Positions 60,464-64,000 of a stretch of DNA of 64,000 bases are shown piece by piece (the first letter of the stretch is position 1; every line of letters begins with the position of its first letter). Below the pieces are notes generated by a model. That model was given only the letters and a program-made list of their open reading frames with translations, ran no database searches and was not told where the DNA came from. A program made the translations under genes and the position numbers. The stretch lies in the NCBI GenBank assembly GCA_965197905.1, contig CBDAOB010000002.1, forward strand, positions 96,001 through 160,000, written 5' to 3'. Source of the stretch: Candidatus Latescibacterota bacterium. GTDB taxonomy: Bacteria; Latescibacterota; UBA2968; UBA8231.

Positions 60464-61603
60464 ATGAAAATAACAGATGTTGAGATCCTGCCGATCGATC
60501 AGTATATGTTCCTGCGCATACACACGGATGCCGGTCTCACGGGGTTGGGCGAGTCCGGGGCGTGGGGTTATCTCGAGGCGTCTGCCGCCGTGATGGAGAG
60601 TTACAAGGCCTATCTGATCGGGAAAGATCCCCTTTTGATCGAGCACCATTGGCAAAACCTCTACCGGTGCACACACTTCCGTGGTGCCGCAATCATGGGG
60701 GCTATCAGTGCGATCGACATCGCTCTGTGGGATATTGCAGGCAAGCACTTCGATGTGCCCGTGTATCAGCTGCTGGGCGGGAAGGTGCGCGACAAGGCGC
60801 GCGTCTATTGCCACGTCATGGCCAACACGAAGGAGAAGCTGATTCAGGGATGCATCGACGCGAAGGCACAGGGTTTTACGGCCGTCGGGCATCTGACGCC
60901 GTTTCTGGATGAGTTAGCTGATGAGCCTTATTACATGTCGCATTCCGACAAGATAAAGGACGCGACCGATACGGTGGCCGCTTATCGCGATGCCGTCGGG
61001 GATGAGGTCGACCTTTGTATCGAGATCCACCGACGCATGCAACCGGCAGAAGCGATCGTCCTCGGCCGCGCGATCGAGCCGTATCGTCCGTTTTTCTTCG
61101 AGGACCCGATTCGTCCCGACAACTTCGACGCGATGGCGGAAGTCGCGCAGAAGATCAATATACCCATCGCGACCGGCGAGCGACTGCACACCATATACGA
61201 GTTTCAGATGCTGCTGACGCGGAACGCCGTCCAGTATGTCAGGCCGGATGTGTGCATGTGCGGTGGAATCACGCATAGCAAGAAGATCGCAGCGCTTGCC
61301 GAGGCGCATCACGTCGGCGTCGTACCACACAACCCGTTGAGTCCTGTCAGCACGGCCGCGTGCATTCAGATCGCGGCGAGCGTCCCGAACTTTGCGCTCC
61401 AGGAATATCCGATCGGCGAAGGGGTACCGCCGAAATCGGAAATCGTGAAAGGGGTGCTGCAGTGCAAGGATGGGTTTATTACGATTCCGGATCGACCCGG
61501 TATCGGCGTCGAGCTAACCGATGATGCAGCCGAGAAGTACCCGTTCAAGGGACGCCCTCAGAACACCCGCCTTCATGTAGACGGCTCGGTCGTAGATCAA
61601 TAA
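60464..61603 (+). CDS. Enolase-superfamily dehydratase, galactonate dehydratase (DgoD)-like
   Basis: IDIALWDIAGK, IEIHRR, FFEDP, IATGER, VPHNPLSP, ALQE. Confidence 0.85.
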   Translation: MKITDVEILPIDQYMFLRIHTDAGLTGLGESGAWGYLEASAAVMESYKAYLIGKDPLLIEHHWQNLYRCTHFRGAAIMGAISAIDIALWDIAGKHFDVPVYQLLGGKVRDKARVYCHVMANTKEKLIQGCIDAKAQGFTAVGHLTPFLDELADEPYYMSHSDKIKDATDTVAAYRDAVGDEVDLCIEIHRRMQPAEAIVLGRAIEPYRPFFFEDPIRPDNFDAMAEVAQKINIPIATGERLHTIYEFQMLLTRNAVQYVRPDVCMCGGITHSKKIAALAEAHHVGVVPHNPLSPVSTAACIQIAASVPNFALQEYPIGEGVPPKSEIVKGVLQCKDGFITIPDRPGIGVELTDDAAEKYPFKGRPQNTRLHVDGSVVDQ

Positions 61604-61671
61604 CCCACCCGAGGCCAAGTTGAGGGCGCCGTTGCGCTGAACTCAGTCAACACCGACGAGTTGATGTCGAT

Positions 61672-61821
61672 TCAGAGCTCGAAGGCTTCCGGAGCTTGCT
61701 CGATGCGAAAGCGGTGTGTGACGATATCGTCCAGCAGGTCCCTGACTGACTTCAAAACGCGAGGATCGGGGAATTCACGGACCTCGACTTCGCTGTCGCC
61801 CAGGTATACGACGCCTCTCAT
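61672..61821 (-). pseudogene. Zn-dehydrogenase remnant with N- and C-termini fused
   Basis: ATGA overlap with the SDR stop; MRGVVYLGDSEVEVREFPDP joined to LDDIVTHRFRIEQAPEAFEL*. Confidence 0.75.
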
Positions 61822-62720
61822 ACCTTCGCCCTCTGACGATCCTTCTCTTTTTGCTCCACCCACGCCCTGAACTCCTGCCGCAAACGTTCCTGGTAAGCTT
61901 TAGTTGCCTCCGGAGTTTCGAGGGGAGGCGGTCCCGAGTGAAGACCGTAATGTATCATGGCCAGCCCCGCATCAACGGTCAGGTGCTGTCCGGTCACAAA
62001 GCGCGCCTCGTCTGATACCAGATATAGGGCCGCATGGGCGATGGCTGTCGGATCGACGGAGACCGGCATGGGTAGGTGGCGCAATTCTCGCCCGAAACGC
62101 TCTTCGAATTCGGGCAGGTACTCTTCGCCGATCCGGTCGACCACCTCCCACATCTGCCCCCCCACCCCGCCGGGGCAGATGGCATTGACGCGAATCTTGT
62201 GAGGCCACAACTCCACGGCCATCGTGCGCACGGCTCCCAGTAAAGCGGCTTTGGCGGCGCTGTAGGCCGGGGATTGCACACCCAATAGAGCCTGTACGGA
62301 GGAGGTGCAGACAATTGCTCCCTCGCCCGCTTTTTTCATCTCCGGCAGGCAGCGGTGCGCTCCTTCGAGCAGGGCCAACAGATTGACCGCCAAAACCTGC
62401 TCCGTCCCTGCCCGGTCGAACTCCTGTATGGTGCCACCGTTTCCCGCGTTGGCGTTGCTCAGGTAGATGTCCACCTTGCCATAGGTCTCGGCGGTAAACG
62501 CAACGGCGTGGCGTACGCCTTCGGAGGTGCTTATATCGGCGTGCACGAAGCGCGCCTGGCCACCGGCCTTTTCAATCAGCGCGACGGTTTCCGTCCCGCC
62601 CTCGTCATTAATGTCGTTGACCACCACACACGCCCCTTCGCGAGCAAAGATGCGAGCCATCGAACGGCCGATATTGCTGCCGCTCCCGGTGATCAAAGCT
62701 ACTTTTTTGTCCAGACGCAT
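61818..62720 (-). CDS. Short-chain dehydrogenase/reductase (SDR)
   Basis: TGSGSNIG, SSVQA, YSAAK, IRVNAICPG, VTGQHLTVDAG. Confidence 0.92.
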   Translation of the reverse strand: MRLDKKVALITGSGSNIGRSMARIFAREGACVVVNDINDEGGTETVALIEKAGGQARFVHADISTSEGVRHAVAFTAETYGKVDIYLSNANAGNGGTIQEFDRAGTEQVLAVNLLALLEGAHRCLPEMKKAGEGAIVCTSSVQALLGVQSPAYSAAKAALLGAVRTMAVELWPHKIRVNAICPGGVGGQMWEVVDRIGEEYLPEFEERFGRELRHLPMPVSVDPTAIAHAALYLVSDEARFVTGQHLTVDAGLAMIHYGLHSGPPPLETPEATKAYQERLRQEFRAWVEQKEKDRQRAKV

Positions 62721-63003
62721 ATCTTGTCCTCCACGAAAATCGACAACATGGATAAAGGACTTCACCGCTAGTTGCGCAAGTATCCTTGGTTGCAGTTTCG
62801 CGCTATCCCAAAGGGAGCGCTCCGCCTCCGGTTGCCAAACGCCTCCCCGTGCTGCGGGATAACCAGGGTGGCTGGCTGTATGACAAGAGAAATCGATGTC
62901 CCGGCAAGAAGATCACACCCGACGCCGAGATGAAGAAGATGAAAGTCCGGTGGGCGAAGAAGAATAAGTGACCAGCTGTGTGGGGGCAGGGCGGCTACAG
63001 GGG

Positions 63004-64000
63004 TTACCCGTCCTTCTCATTACCCCAAGGGAAAGACTCGACCTGGAGCGAACGTTCCACCGCGGGCAGAGATGTCTTCGCGCCACCGTTGTTGGATGAA
63101 ATGTGTATGCCGAACCCGATCTCGGTAGCTCTACGTGCGTGATCGATGTCGCAGGCGGTTCGACCGCCGCTCCGCACAGCTTGTTGGAGATCTCGAACCA
63201 TGCCGGGGCCCGCGGGCCAGTCCTCATCGGCGGAGGGGCAGCGGCAACAGGCGCGGCTCGTTCGATCCCTCCTCCCACAGGTAAGCCTCCGGTCCATCCT
63301 TGCATATTGAGAGGCGCCCCTTGTCGCCTTGAAGGTCGAAGCTCGCTCCCTGTGCGCCGGCTGGAGTGATATAGACGACCACACCGTTGTCCATTCCAAC
63401 CTGAGCGCGACCTGGCGGGTCCAGGTGCCTTCGCGAGTCCGTCGGGTCACCGGAAACATCATCGATCAGCCCACTCACCCAAACCGGTTCCGGATCGTCC
63501 AGCAAGCCCAGGATCGCGTCATACCAGTGACAGCCGTGGTTGATGGTGTTCGGAAGCCCGTATGCAACAAGGCTCGTGACTGAGCCGATGACCCCACCTG
63601 CGATCTCCGATCGCAAGCGGCGATAGCTTTCCGTCCATCTTCGATCGAGCGCAAACGCCAGCGGCACGTTGTTACAGGCTTGGACGATCCGATCCATCTC
63701 TTCGAGCGATGTGGCCAGCGGTTTGTCGCAAAGGATGCCGCGGACGCCGGATTGAGCCGCCGCCTCGATCTGATCGGCATGCATCGTCTGCCGCGTCGCG
63801 ATGCATAAGATGTCCGGTCGGGTTTCTTCGAGGAGGCGTCCATAGTCGCCGTAGCTCGCAATCTCGCCCCATGCTTCTTGCCAGAAGGACGCAAACTCTT
63901 CGCGGGTCTCTTCTCCATAGTCAAAGACTCCCACAATCTCTGTCTCGGGAACGGCGTGAAAGGCGCCGGCGAGATTGTGACTGGTCATCTTGTGCAACAG
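63004..64000 (-). CDS. Gfo/Idh/MocA oxidoreductase (5' end beyond window), frameshift near 63237
   Basis: ILCDKPLA, NHGCHWYD; the C-terminus DEDWPAGPGMVRDL...ESFPWGNEKDG is in another frame after a C run. Confidence 0.8.

Noticed and set aside
62786..62971. Lys-rich short ORF ending KKMKVRWAKKNK
   Set aside because: Could be another C-terminal relic, but no family is recognisable

Overview
GC-rich bacterial DNA, densely coding and dominated by catabolic accessory genes. Sugar-acid enzymes include UxuA, UxaE, an RspA/ManD-like and a DgoD-like enolase, an HpcH aldolase, Hyi, a lactonase, four Gfo/Idh/MocA oxidoreductases and Zn-dehydrogenases. Also present: a CUT1 sugar ABC transporter, three paralogous GHL10-like TIM-barrel proteins, a GH32, an Asp-box propeller, amide-processing enzymes (GGT, two nitrilase-family, CehA/McbA), Ada, an AAC(3)-like acetyltransferase and small signalling proteins. 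I found no rRNA, tRNA, CRISPR array, transposase or phage gene. The gene style resembles Latescibacterota/Poribacteria-type genomes (inference only). About ten frameshifts or internal stops are visible and could be sequencing errors or real decay. There are also at least six gene remnants, several keeping only the two ends of the gene. Best leads for undescribed biology: (1) a PhyH-family Fe/2OG enzyme with an HxA halogenase-type motif just upstream of a GT-C-like membrane protein; (2) a core MetE-type Zn enzyme translationally coupled to an unknown Cys/His-rich protein; (3) a split rifampicin-phosphotransferase/phenylphosphate-synthase-like dikinase with an MFS exporter; (4) triplicated cytoplasmic GHL10-like genes interleaved with cNMP-binding proteins; (5) a histidine kinase whose ATP-binding boxes are degenerate. 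All calls come from motif recognition by eye, without database searches.
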